A DNA stretch of 51,196 nucleotides from Candidatus Omnitrophota bacterium (GTDB lineage Bacteria > Omnitrophota > Gorgyraeia > 2-01-FULL-45-10). The position numbers and the translations under genes are program-made. Within the stretch, counting starts at the first letter, position 1, and every line of letters begins with the position of its first letter. A model generated the notes under the pieces. It had not been told where the DNA came from and ran no database searches. It saw nothing but the letters and a program-made list of their open reading frames with translations. Positions 1-9,182 of the stretch are shown here, piece by piece. The stretch covers positions 1 through 51,196 of the forward strand of contig JAGVGJ010000005.1 of the NCBI GenBank assembly GCA_020057115.1, written 5' to 3'.

Positions 1-51
1 ATTTGGCCTCCAAATTTAGGTGGCGCATATTACCATATCCCGCTTTGAAAG

Positions 52-99
52 CGGACATTTCATTTGTTAAAGAACCGGACATTTCACTATTTTATAACA
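52..99. mobile_element. Possible terminal sequence of an IS481/ISNCY-like element
   Basis: CGGACATTTCA repeated at 52-62 and 76-86, segment ending ...TAACA at 99 (TGT..ACA-type end); no transposase visible in the window. Confidence 0.35.
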
Positions 100-167
100 C
101 TAATATTTATAAATATCTCGCGATATTAGGTGGTTCTATGTACGGGGCTATGGTAAGATGTCTTAAG

Positions 168-1487
168 ATGAACAATACCAATTTGCTTAAGATAGCCATA
201 GTCGGCCGGCCGAACGTCGGCAAGTCGTCCCTTTTCAACAGGATCGTAGGCGCGAGGAAGGCCATAGTGGAATCTGCTTCGGGCACCACGCGCGACAGGC
301 TTCACGCCCAGATCAGATGGAAAGGGAAGAGCTTCACCATTATAGATACGGCCGGGTTCGAATCGGCCGCTCCCGGCAATATGGCCGAGCTTGTCTTGAA
401 GCAGATCCGCATCGGGGTAGAAGAGGCGGACATCATATTATTCGTTACGGACGGGATCGCCGGCATAGTGCCGCAGGACAGGGAGCTTGCGTCGATGCTC
501 AGAAAGACTTCGAAGAAGGTGTACCTTATAGTAAATAAGGTCGATAGCGGATCCGATGCGGGCAAGACGACGGAATTTTTTGAACTCGGCCTCGGCGAGC
601 CTTATGCCGTCTCGGCTATGCACGGCAGGGGCATAGAAAAATTATGCGATGACCTGGCAAAGGGCATAGAAAAGAGCGATGCTTCAGAAAGCGCCGAATC
701 CGTAAAGGTCGCCATAGTCGGGCGTCCGAATGTCGGCAAGTCTTCATATCTGAATTCCATACTCAGCGCGGAGAGGGTCATCGTCCATTCTGTCGCCGGG
801 ACCACAAGGGATTCCATCGACATCGATTTCAAATATAACGACAGGGACTACGTGCTCATAGATACTGCAGGCATAAGGCATAACGCGAAGATAAACGAGG
901 CGTCGGACTTTTACGGAAGCGTCCGTTCGAAAGAAGCGATAAAGCGCTGCGACGTAGCGATAGTCCTTATCGACGGCTACGAAGGGCTGACCAAGGACAG
1001 CATCCGGATAATAGACCTGTGCCTCGAGGAGGGCAAGGCGCTTGTCATAGCGGTAAACAAGTGGGATCTCGTAAAAGACGTCGAGATGTCGGGATATCGG
1101 GACAGGCTGATAGCGAATATGAGCGCTGTAAAATATGTCCCGGTCGTATTCACGTCGTGCAAGACGGGAAGGAACGTCAAGTCCAGCCTTGATATCATAT
1201 GGTCGGTATACGCGAAGTCTAAAGCGATCATAGGGCCGAATAAGCTCGCGGCTATCCTCAAATCATTGAATAACGATATCGCGATAAGCAGTAAAAAGAA
1301 ACAGTTTAAATTCCTGGTGCAGGATGGCATCATGCCGCCCGAATTTATCTTAGGCGTCAAGAATAAAAAAGACGTAAGCGAGAATTTAAAGAGATTCGTA
1401 GAAAACTTCTTCAGGAAGAGTTGCGATTTTGAAGGGGTGCCTGTAAGAATACGTTTTGAAATAACGTGGAAAAAAGACGTTCCCTAG
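168..1487 (+). CDS. der: Ribosome biogenesis GTPase Der (EngA)
   Basis: Two tandem G domains (GRPNVGKSS twice, GTTRD, DTAG, NKVD/NKWD) plus C-terminal KH-like domain; ATG 168 chosen over TTG 3. Confidence 0.95.
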   Translation: MNNTNLLKIAIVGRPNVGKSSLFNRIVGARKAIVESASGTTRDRLHAQIRWKGKSFTIIDTAGFESAAPGNMAELVLKQIRIGVEEADIILFVTDGIAGIVPQDRELASMLRKTSKKVYLIVNKVDSGSDAGKTTEFFELGLGEPYAVSAMHGRGIEKLCDDLAKGIEKSDASESAESVKVAIVGRPNVGKSSYLNSILSAERVIVHSVAGTTRDSIDIDFKYNDRDYVLIDTAGIRHNAKINEASDFYGSVRSKEAIKRCDVAIVLIDGYEGLTKDSIRIIDLCLEEGKALVIAVNKWDLVKDVEMSGYRDRLIANMSAVKYVPVVFTSCKTGRNVKSSLDIIWSVYAKSKAIIGPNKLAAILKSLNNDIAISSKKKQFKFLVQDGIMPPEFILGVKNKKDVSENLKRFVENFFRKSCDFEGVPVRIRFEITWKKDVP

Positions 1488-1493
1488 CGATAC

Positions 1494-2573
1494 CTATAAC
1501 TCCCGCAGCGCTTCGTCAACTATCTCGTCCATAAGCTCTTTTACGGATACTATTTTCGTGACTCTTGAGACGTTTGAGCCGGCAAAGATGACGGCATTAT
1601 CTATGTCGCCCCGCGACGCGTTGCACAGGGCCTTGGCGATGCAGTATGGGACGGCCCCTGGATTGCACGTCCTTAAGCATTTGTAAGGGCAGGTGAACGA
1701 AACCTTCTCTCCGGAAGCAAGCCTCTCCGTGAAGCGGTTTTTTATCGCCCTGGCGGGCATGCCTACAGGGCTGTCGATAATAATGACATCTTCGCTTCCG
1801 GCCGCAAGGTACATCGATTTAAATTTTTCCGAAACGGAACATTCGAGAGTCGCGACAAAACGCGTCGCCATCTGCACGCCTCCGGCGCCCATTTTCAAAA
1901 ATCGCGCCATGTCTTTACCGTCAAAAATACCACCCGCAGGGATCACGGGAATGCGCGCATTACGCACTTTTTCATATTCACCGGCCATCTTTAAGACCGA
2001 AGCGAAGATGTCTTCAAGCCGATCCTCCGTATGCCGGCGCAAGTCGGCGAGTTTAAAACCTATATGCCCGCCAGCCATAGGGCCTTCGACTACGATCGCA
2101 TCGGGCAGGCGGTTATACCGTTTTTTCCAGGTTTTGATTATAAGGTCCGCGGCGCGCGCCGACGAAACAATAGGAACGAGCTTAGCAGGCGATCCTTCGG
2201 TGTATTCAGGCAGTTTTAGCGGTAATCCCGCCCCGGACACAATGAAATCCGCATGTTCTGCGGCGGCGGTCCTGGTCAGATCCTCGAAATTACTCATCGC
2301 GACCATGATATTGACCCCGACAACCCCCCGGGTCAATCGTTTTGCCTCTCTTATTTCATTTCTGAGAGCCTCATTCGAAGCCTCAAGAAATTCTCTTCCT
2401 TCTTCATTTATGCCATATGCCAATCCGACGCTCGCAATAGTCCCCGCGCCGCCGCAATCAGCGACCGCGCTAGCAAGAGACGCTGTCGAAACCTGGACCC
2501 CCATCCCTCCCTGGACAATGGGTATTTTGATCTCGAGATCACCTATAATAAGCGGTTTCAGCGCACTTGCCAT
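1494..2573 (-). CDS. Nitronate monooxygenase / FabK-like flavoprotein
   Basis: PIVQGGMGV, VVEGPMAGGH, AGGIFDG, GVQMATRF motifs. Confidence 0.9.
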   Translation of the reverse strand: MASALKPLIIGDLEIKIPIVQGGMGVQVSTASLASAVADCGGAGTIASVGLAYGINEEGREFLEASNEALRNEIREAKRLTRGVVGVNIMVAMSNFEDLTRTAAAEHADFIVSGAGLPLKLPEYTEGSPAKLVPIVSSARAADLIIKTWKKRYNRLPDAIVVEGPMAGGHIGFKLADLRRHTEDRLEDIFASVLKMAGEYEKVRNARIPVIPAGGIFDGKDMARFLKMGAGGVQMATRFVATLECSVSEKFKSMYLAAGSEDVIIIDSPVGMPARAIKNRFTERLASGEKVSFTCPYKCLRTCNPGAVPYCIAKALCNASRGDIDNAVIFAGSNVSRVTKIVSVKELMDEIVDEALREL

Positions 2574-2621
2574 ACAAAATCACCTTTCCTGATAGCTCGC
2601 GAAGAATTTTGCGTGTTCCAA

Positions 2622-2664
2622 AACTAATTGGGAGGTGTTAAAATGTAACACATCCCAATTAGTT
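2622..2664 (-). terminator. Long hairpin, probable terminator of the small CxxC gene
   Basis: AACTAATTGGGAGGTGTTA-aaatg-TAACACATCCCAATTAGTT, 19-bp stem with one mismatch. Confidence 0.55.
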
Positions 2665-2708
2665 ACACGCTCCAATTTACTACAATTGTTTTCCAGCAAA
2701 CCTGTTAT

Positions 2709-2882
2709 TTAACGCCCGCCATCCTTGCGCTTTGAGAAACAATCCTTGCAATATACCGGACGATCTTCTCTGGGCTTAAACGGCACTTCACATTCTTTCT
2801 TGCACTCCGCGCATATCGCTTTGTGCATCTCACGCGGCCCGCTGCCGAATCCACCGCTAAATCCACCGCCTTGATATCCCAT
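2709..2882 (-). CDS. CxxC-x17-CxxC zinc-binding small protein (57 aa), absent from the ORF track
   Basis: MGYQGGGFSGGFGSGPREMHKAICAECKKECEVPFKPREDRPVYCKDCFSKRKDGGR; AGGAGG RBS upstream. Confidence 0.9.
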   Translation of the reverse strand: MGYQGGGFSGGFGSGPREMHKAICAECKKECEVPFKPREDRPVYCKDCFSKRKDGGR

Positions 2883-2924
2883 GCTGCCTCCTTTTTTTGA
2901 CTTCGTTAAAGATATTGAATGCCA

Positions 2925-3080
2925 TTACTCGATAACGGCATCCCCGCTTAAAACCTGCTCTGCGCCTTCCTTGGACTTGGCGTTCTTCTTATCCAGCTTG
3001 CGCTGCATCTTTTCTTCTTTTTTCTTTTTCTTTGCCAATTCTCTCCTGTGTTTTTGATATGAATAATTATCTCTTGCCAA
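2925..3080 (-). CDS. Small Lys-rich hypothetical protein (51 aa), absent from the ORF track
   Basis: TTG start after AAGGAGG; MARDNYSYQKHRRELAKKKKKEEKMQRKLDKKNAKSKEGAEQVLSGDAVIE. Confidence 0.75.
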   Translation of the reverse strand: MARDNYSYQKHRRELAKKKKKEEKMQRKLDKKNAKSKEGAEQVLSGDAVIE

Positions 3081-3347
3081 TATAGCCTCCTTTTATCGCG
3101 CGGACATTCCCGCGACTTCATATTATACCTCTAAAAGCATGAAAAAAGCACGAAATTCCGATTGGAAGGTCTCGAGGTCAATGCTATCAACAAAGAGCAT
3201 TACATAAAATGCAGCGAGGAGCAGGCCTCTCTAAAGTCAAAAATCCGCTTGTTTCTGCCCGTAATTTGTTTATAATAGATACTTGTATATAGTGAGAAGT
3301 TTCCCCGTTCCGGCTGTATCTCTGAATGGCGTTAAAAGCGAGGGGAT

Positions 3348-4052
3348 ATGGAGAAGAAGAAGATACTGATTGTCGACGATGATAAGGATTTCGCCTCAAT
3401 AGCAAAGCTCAACCTTGAGGATCTGGGCAAGTATAAGGTGAGGGTAGAGACAAAAGGCGCCCAGGCCCTTTCCGCAGCAAGCCAGTTCAAGCCCGATGTG
3501 ATAATCCTGGATCTTATGCTTCCCGACATGGGCGGGCTAGAGATATGCAAAAGGCTGAAAGAGAAGGAGAGGTTCTCTTCAACCCCGATCATAATGCTTT
3601 CCGGAAAGAAGGAGGAGGCCGATAAGGTCTCCGGTCTAGATACCGGAGCCGATGATTATGTGGTCAAACCTTTTTCGGTCAAAGAGCTTGATGCGAGGAT
3701 AAGGGCCCTCTTGCGCAGAGCAGGCTCGGAGGCGGAGGAGAAGGAGATCGACATCGGCCGCGGCGTAGTGATATACCCCCAGAGGTATGAAGTGACCGTT
3801 AAGGGCGAAAAGGCAGAACTTACTCACGCGGAATTCGCAATATTACAGCTGCTCGTCTCCAGGAAAGGCCAGGTATTTACAAGGTCGAGGATCCTGGATT
3901 ACCTTTGGGATACGCCGGACGGCGTTACCGAACGGACCATAGATGTCCACATAACCCACTTAAGAGAGAAGCTCGGCAAGGCAGGCAGTTTGATCAAGAA
4001 CGTAAGAGGCGTCGGATATAAGCTGGACGACGAGACGGAAGAGGACGATTGA
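3348..4052 (+). CDS. OmpR/PhoB-family response regulator
   Basis: Receiver (ILIVDDD, LDLMLP, GADDYVVKPF) plus winged helix (ERTIDVHI..LREKL, VRGVGY). Confidence 0.92.
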   Translation: MEKKKILIVDDDKDFASIAKLNLEDLGKYKVRVETKGAQALSAASQFKPDVIILDLMLPDMGGLEICKRLKEKERFSSTPIIMLSGKKEEADKVSGLDTGADDYVVKPFSVKELDARIRALLRRAGSEAEEKEIDIGRGVVIYPQRYEVTVKGEKAELTHAEFAILQLLVSRKGQVFTRSRILDYLWDTPDGVTERTIDVHITHLREKLGKAGSLIKNVRGVGYKLDDETEEDD

Positions 4053-4087
4053 CGCCGCATCACCCCTTGAAGCACCCCCGCCAAAAA

Positions 4088-4141
4088 TTAACCAAATATT
4101 AACAAAAGGCTAATCCCGCGTTAACATTCGTGTTGTATATT
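4088..4141 (+). promoter_or_regulatory. Four Pho-box-like hexamers at 11-bp period plus -10 element
   Basis: TTAACC 4088, TTAACA 4099, CTAATC 4110, TTAACA 4121; TATATT 4136-4141. Confidence 0.65.
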
Positions 4142-4168
4142 TGAAGTGAAACAAGACGAGAGGAGGGG

Positions 4169-6274
4169 ATGGTCATGATCCAGAGAAACGTAAGTTCCTA
4201 CAGAGGCGAGATACATCTAAGGCATATTTTTAAAGCCGGGCTTATGATAGAAGAGCGTGCGGCTTCTTATTATGCCTCGCTCGCCGACAAGGCCGCAAAT
4301 CCCGATGCGAAGGACCTGTGCTGTACACTGATCCAGAGAAGGATCAGCCATATACAGCTGATAGAGCAGAGCCTCTCGCGCTGGGTACCCCTCTTGCTCG
4401 GCCAGGAGGCGCATGATTTTTTTGACCAGGAATTGCGTAATAGAGGCATATTCTCAGGCCCTCCTTCCCAGGATCTATCCAAGGAGGCCATAGCCAGATA
4501 TGCCATCGATCAGGGAAATAAGATAGTAGATTTCTACCGCTCTTTCGAGGACATTTTCTCTGACACCTGGAAGAGGAGCCATATCCTCGAGCTCCTCATA
4601 GAAGAGCGAAATCGCATAAAAGAGCTGACAGACACGCTTAAGCCGGAATTCTCATATTCCGCGAAAGCGATGCTCGGCATACTTATGGCGCTCTTATTTT
4701 TGTTCTCCAGCACGGCATTCGCCATCCCTGAAGAGAAGACCACTGACCCGGGAAAGATATCCATATCCAGGGAGAATGGCCTCGTAAGGTCCAGCTACAA
4801 CGCCAATAGCGACAAGCTTATCATCAACATACAGGATGCTCATTGTAACTATGAGGCCCAGGTCAACATAGCTAAGATGGTGGAGGGCCTGGCAAAGAAC
4901 TATGGTCTGAGTTTTGTGGCTATTGAGGGCGCGGACGGGGAGATAGATGTCTCCAAATTCGACGCGTTCACCGATGAAGCGGTCCGCAGGGAAGTCGCCG
5001 ATCATTTCATGAGAAAAGGCGATATAAGCGGGCCGGAGTTCCTGTCAGTGACCACCAAACATCCTATAAAACTTTTCGGAGCCGAAACCGGCTCGTATTA
5101 TAATGAGGATCTCCTGGCGTTCACTTCAGGATATCTCCTGAAACCCCAGGCGGATAAATATCTATATTCTATCAAGGTCGCGCTGAACAACCTTAAAGAG
5201 TTCATATATAGTGATGAGCTGAAACTTCTCGACGCAAAGGGAGGGGCCTATGATGCCAAGAAGATGGCCTTCAATGACTATGTCAGGTTTTTGCAGGACG
5301 AGGCAGAGAAGAATAATGTAAGCCTTAAGGGGTATGAGAACTTCTTCAAGCTGGTCAATATTCTCAAATATGAGAAGAATATAGATTTCGAAGCTACTGA
5401 TAAAGAGAGGACGGCCCTCCTGGAAGCGTTAAGCGCTAAGTTGTCCAAGGAGGGCGTGGTAGAGATGGTGACTCGCTCGATATCGTTTAAGCTCGGCAAG
5501 ATATCCGCCGTAGAGTATTACGGATACCTTAAAGAGGCGGCTGCAAATAACGGCATGGATATCTCCGGACGCTATCCGGACCTCTCTCGTTACATCATAT
5601 ATAATTCCGTATACAACAAGATAGATAATGGAAAGCTTTTTGACGATATCAGAGCAGTTAAGGCGGCCATATCAGAGAAGATCTTCAGGAGCAATGACCA
5701 GAGGATGCTGGAGAAGCTGTCGCGCCATGCCGATATCCTTATCGGCCTTGTCAGCATAGATCTTATGAACAATGATCTTGAATATTACAATGCCCATAAA
5801 GATGAATTTGCAAGCGCGGTCTTTTCCTCGTTTATAAAAGATAATGCCTTAAAATACGGCCTTAAATTCAATGTCGAGCCTTTTACAAACGCCGCCGCTG
5901 AGGGAATATCCAGGATGGAGCATTTTTACGCGGTAGCCGTAAAGCGCGATAAGGCGCTTGTAGAGAATACGCTCAACGAGATGAACAGGAATGGGCACAG
6001 GATAGCGGTGCTGGTGACCGGAGGATTTCATTCCGAAGGGGTAGCAAAATTATTGGCAAAAGCGGGCGTCTCCTATATCGTCGTCTCCCCCTCCATAACG
6101 AAGGAGATGCCCAGTCCTTATATTCAGGTGCTGACGAACCAGAGGGATTCGTTCGAGGCGATCGCCATAGGCTCAGGAATAACAGCCCTGGGCCGAGGCG
6201 CTCTTGCGCCTCCGCCCCTTACGGGGGAGATGCATAAAGAGGCAGCTCCTGATAAGGCGCCTGGGAAAAGATAG
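4169..6274 (+). CDS. Ferritin/rubrerythrin-like domain + hydrophobic helix + large ChaN/EreA/TraB-like domain
   Basis: N-terminal EERAASYYASLA...EERNR helices; MLGILMALLFLFSSTAFA; QDAHCNYEAQ, AIEGA, KRD..LVEN, VLVTGGFH; AGGAGG RBS. Confidence 0.6.
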   Translation: MVMIQRNVSSYRGEIHLRHIFKAGLMIEERAASYYASLADKAANPDAKDLCCTLIQRRISHIQLIEQSLSRWVPLLLGQEAHDFFDQELRNRGIFSGPPSQDLSKEAIARYAIDQGNKIVDFYRSFEDIFSDTWKRSHILELLIEERNRIKELTDTLKPEFSYSAKAMLGILMALLFLFSSTAFAIPEEKTTDPGKISISRENGLVRSSYNANSDKLIINIQDAHCNYEAQVNIAKMVEGLAKNYGLSFVAIEGADGEIDVSKFDAFTDEAVRREVADHFMRKGDISGPEFLSVTTKHPIKLFGAETGSYYNEDLLAFTSGYLLKPQADKYLYSIKVALNNLKEFIYSDELKLLDAKGGAYDAKKMAFNDYVRFLQDEAEKNNVSLKGYENFFKLVNILKYEKNIDFEATDKERTALLEALSAKLSKEGVVEMVTRSISFKLGKISAVEYYGYLKEAAANNGMDISGRYPDLSRYIIYNSVYNKIDNGKLFDDIRAVKAAISEKIFRSNDQRMLEKLSRHADILIGLVSIDLMNNDLEYYNAHKDEFASAVFSSFIKDNALKYGLKFNVEPFTNAAAEGISRMEHFYAVAVKRDKALVENTLNEMNRNGHRIAVLVTGGFHSEGVAKLLAKAGVSYIVVSPSITKEMPSPYIQVLTNQRDSFEAIAIGSGITALGRGALAPPPLTGEMHKEAAPDKAPGKR

Positions 6275-6370
6275 AAATATCATAGTGGAAAAAAGTCAAA
6301 AATATGTGGATTTCCACTGTGCGGCATCAAATACTCCGTGATATAATATAGGTACTTTTAGGAGCCTGCC

Positions 6371-7140
6371 ATGCCGAACAAAATACTGCTTGTCGATGAT
6401 GACACGGATTTCAGGGATGAGTTCAGGGAATGCTTTGACGCCTACCAGATAGTAGAGGCCGGAGACGGCGAAGAAGCCCTGCGGATCCTGAAGAAGCCCT
6501 GCGGATCCTGAAGAAGCCAAACGACATAGACCCGGTGATATTGGATGTAAAGATGCCGGGTATGAAAGGTACCGAGGTGCTCAGGGAGATCAAACAAATA
6601 GCTCCTGGCCTCGGTATTATTATTTTAACAGGTTACAGTTCGGAGGATGTGGCCATAGAGGCGCTTAAAGGGCATGCGGATGATTATATAGAAAAACCTA
6701 TTGATATCGACAAGACGAAAGAGATGATCAACAGCCTCTTGGACAAGAAGTCAGGCGTTGTTTCGACCAATGGGATGATGTCCAAGATCGATAAGGCCAA
6801 GTGTTTTATGGAAAGGAATTGCTATAAGAAAGTATCCCTTGCTGACGCAGCCGCGGCCGTATCATTAAGCCCGAAGTATTTCAGCAGGATATTTAAAGAG
6901 GCCGTCGGCAAGGGTTTTAATGAATACAGGTCCGAGATAAGGGTGAGGGAAGCAAAGAGCCTGTTAAAGAGATCAGGGCTTAACATAGACCAGATCGCTC
7001 ATAAGATAGGATATGAAAATACCGAATCTTTTACCAGATTGTTCAAGTCTGAGGCGGGCCAAACGCCCACAGGGTTTCGCAAGAAATACAGCAGGAAGGT
7101 TAAGGCTAAGAGTAAACGTTTTAAACGGAGACGACGCTGA
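6371..7140 (+). pseudogene. Receiver + AraC HTH (YesN-like) response regulator, frameshifted
   Basis: MPNKILLVDDD from ATG 6371 stops at TGA 6509-6511; removing one 20-bp unit joins it in frame to ILDVKMPG...YFSRIFK...GYENTESFTRLFK. Confidence 0.85.
6470..6518 (+). repeat. 20-bp tandem duplication
   Basis: GAAGAAGCCCTGCGGATCCT x2 followed by GAAGAAGCC. Confidence 0.97.
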
Positions 7141-8723
7141 TGGAAGACAGGTCCAGGGAAGAGCTGGTCAGACAGATAGATCTTCTGCAAAAGCGGATAT
7201 CGGAGCTTGAGATAATAGATAACAAGCGTAGAGCCGCGGAAGAGACGCTAAGGGACAGCGAAGAAAAGTACAGGATACTCTATAAGTCCTCGCGAGATGC
7301 GATCATGATAATCGACCCTCCGGACTGGCGGTTTACGTCGGGCAATCCGGCAACCGTTGAGATGTTCCGTGCCAAGGATGAGGCTGAGTTCACATCTAAA
7401 GCGCCATGGCAGCTATCGCCTGAATACCAGCCTGATGGAGAGCCCTCTTCCACCAAGGCCAAAAGAATGATAGATACGGCTATGGAGAGAGGCTCCAACT
7501 TCTTTGAATGGACCCATAGGAGGCTAGATGGTGAGGATTTTTCGGCCACAGTGCTCTTGACAAGGGTTGAAATAAAAGGCCGGACATTTGTGCAGGCAAC
7601 AGTAAGGGATGTCACCGAACGCAAAGCCGCGGAGGAGAAGATAACCGGTCTTCATAAGCAGATCGAATTTATCCTTGGCGCGACGAAGACGGGGCTTGAT
7701 ATCATCGATGAAGATTTTAATGTTATCTTTGTCGACTCCGAATGGAAGAAGATATACGGCGAATACGCTGGCAGGAAATGCTATGAGTATTTCATGGGCA
7801 GGGATTTGGCGTGCCCTGTGTGCGGGATATCGACAGCTCTCGCGACAAAACGGCTCTTTGTTACGGAAGAGACGCTTGTCAGGGAGAATAATAGGCCCGT
7901 CCAGGTGACGACAATACCGTTCCAGGATGAGAAGGGTCGATGGCTCGTTGCCGAGGTGAACGTCGACATTACTGAGCGCAAGCGGGCCGAAAACGACTTG
8001 GCGAGGGCTCAGGAAGAGTTGAACCAATCCAAGAGACTGTCCGAAATAGGAATGCTTGCGGCCACGATAGCGCACGAACTGCGTAACCCAATGGGGGTTA
8101 TCAGGACAGCAAATTACAATATTAAAAGAAAAACGCAAAATAAGACCATAGACAAACACATAGATATGATAGAAAAAAAGATCATGGAGGCCGATCAGAT
8201 CATCAGTAACCTGCTATTTTACGCAAGCGTCAAGATGCCGCATTATGAAAAGGTGGAGATTTATGGCATGCTTCGCGAATCGGTCATGGAGGCCAAGGAC
8301 AGGTTCAGTGATAAGCCTGCTCAGGTAAGCGAAAAGTATGAGAAATTGAAGACCGTTATTATTGAAGCCGACCCTGTCCAGCTACGCGAGGTGTTCGGCA
8401 ATATGCTGAACAATGCCTATGAAGCCGCACCGGATAATAATGGCAAGATAGCCATATCGGCCGGCGTCGATGCCAAGAACCAAGAGATCGACATAAGTTT
8501 TAAGGATAACGGCCAGGGCATCGATCCTGACAATATGAAGAGGATCAAAACACCTTTCTTTACGACCAAAGCCAAAGGCATGGGCCTGGGGCTTTCAGTA
8601 TGTTATCAGATAATAGGGCTGCACGGAGGGAGCATCCTGGTCGAGAGCGTAAAAGGGAAAGGGGCAAAGTTCACCGTCTCCATTCCAATTAAGCGGGCGG
8701 GGACAAAAGCAGGGGCAAAGTAG
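7140..8723 (+). CDS. PAS-PAS sensor histidine kinase (NtrB-like, cytoplasmic)
   Basis: PAC ends RDVTERK/DITERK, H-box AHELRNP, N-box NMLNNA, DNGQG, FFTTK, GMGLGL. Confidence 0.92.
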   Translation: MEDRSREELVRQIDLLQKRISELEIIDNKRRAAEETLRDSEEKYRILYKSSRDAIMIIDPPDWRFTSGNPATVEMFRAKDEAEFTSKAPWQLSPEYQPDGEPSSTKAKRMIDTAMERGSNFFEWTHRRLDGEDFSATVLLTRVEIKGRTFVQATVRDVTERKAAEEKITGLHKQIEFILGATKTGLDIIDEDFNVIFVDSEWKKIYGEYAGRKCYEYFMGRDLACPVCGISTALATKRLFVTEETLVRENNRPVQVTTIPFQDEKGRWLVAEVNVDITERKRAENDLARAQEELNQSKRLSEIGMLAATIAHELRNPMGVIRTANYNIKRKTQNKTIDKHIDMIEKKIMEADQIISNLLFYASVKMPHYEKVEIYGMLRESVMEAKDRFSDKPAQVSEKYEKLKTVIIEADPVQLREVFGNMLNNAYEAAPDNNGKIAISAGVDAKNQEIDISFKDNGQGIDPDNMKRIKTPFFTTKAKGMGLGLSVCYQIIGLHGGSILVESVKGKGAKFTVSIPIKRAGTKAGAK

Positions 8724-8736
8724 AAATAAGTCAAAA

Positions 8737-8764
8737 AAAAGAGGAATTTGCCAATTCCTCTTTT
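8737..8764 (+). terminator. Intrinsic terminator hairpin
   Basis: AAAAGAGGAATT-tgcc-AATTCCTCTTTT followed by a T-rich tract. Confidence 0.7.
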
Positions 8765-8810
8765 GCTTTTCTTGGTGTATATTTAATATGGAGGCATTAT
8801 AGAGGAAGCC

Positions 8811-9182
8811 ATGAAGAAGATCATGATAGTCGACGATGACAAGGATTTCCTTAAAGAGATAGGCGAACTATTGCGGGATGCCGGCTACGGAGTGACCATA
8901 ATCAGCGACAGCCCTTTCGTTGCAAAATTTGCGGCCCGGGAAAAACCCGACCTTATATTGCTCGACATCCGCATGCCGACTATGTGCGGATTTGAAGTTG
9001 CGGTAAACCTTAAGAACCTTACGGAGACTGCCAAGATACCTATAATCGCCATGACAGGCTTTACGCCTGTAGAGGGCGATTCTTTCGTAAAGAGTTTCTG
9101 CTCTATAAAGAGATGCCTGAAGAAGCCGCTGAATCCTCTGGATATAATAAAGGAGATAGAATGGACGCTAAAAGAAAGCTAA
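8811..9182 (+). CDS. Single-domain response regulator receiver
   Basis: IMIVDDD, LLDIRMP, AMTG, KKP. Confidence 0.88.
   Translation: MKKIMIVDDDKDFLKEIGELLRDAGYGVTIISDSPFVAKFAAREKPDLILLDIRMPTMCGFEVAVNLKNLTETAKIPIIAMTGFTPVEGDSFVKSFCSIKRCLKKPLNPLDIIKEIEWTLKES

Noticed and set aside
3-167. N-terminal extension of Der in the ORF track
   Set aside because: Der begins just before the first G1 motif; the extension crosses AT-rich non-coding and repeat sequence
1693-2592. 299-aa + strand ORF
   Set aside because: Antisense shadow of the nitronate monooxygenase gene with no motifs; the same applies to the many other nested antisense ORFs
6535-7140. Stand-alone 201-aa gene
   Set aside because: It is the downstream part of the frameshifted regulator and lacks the N-terminal acidic pocket
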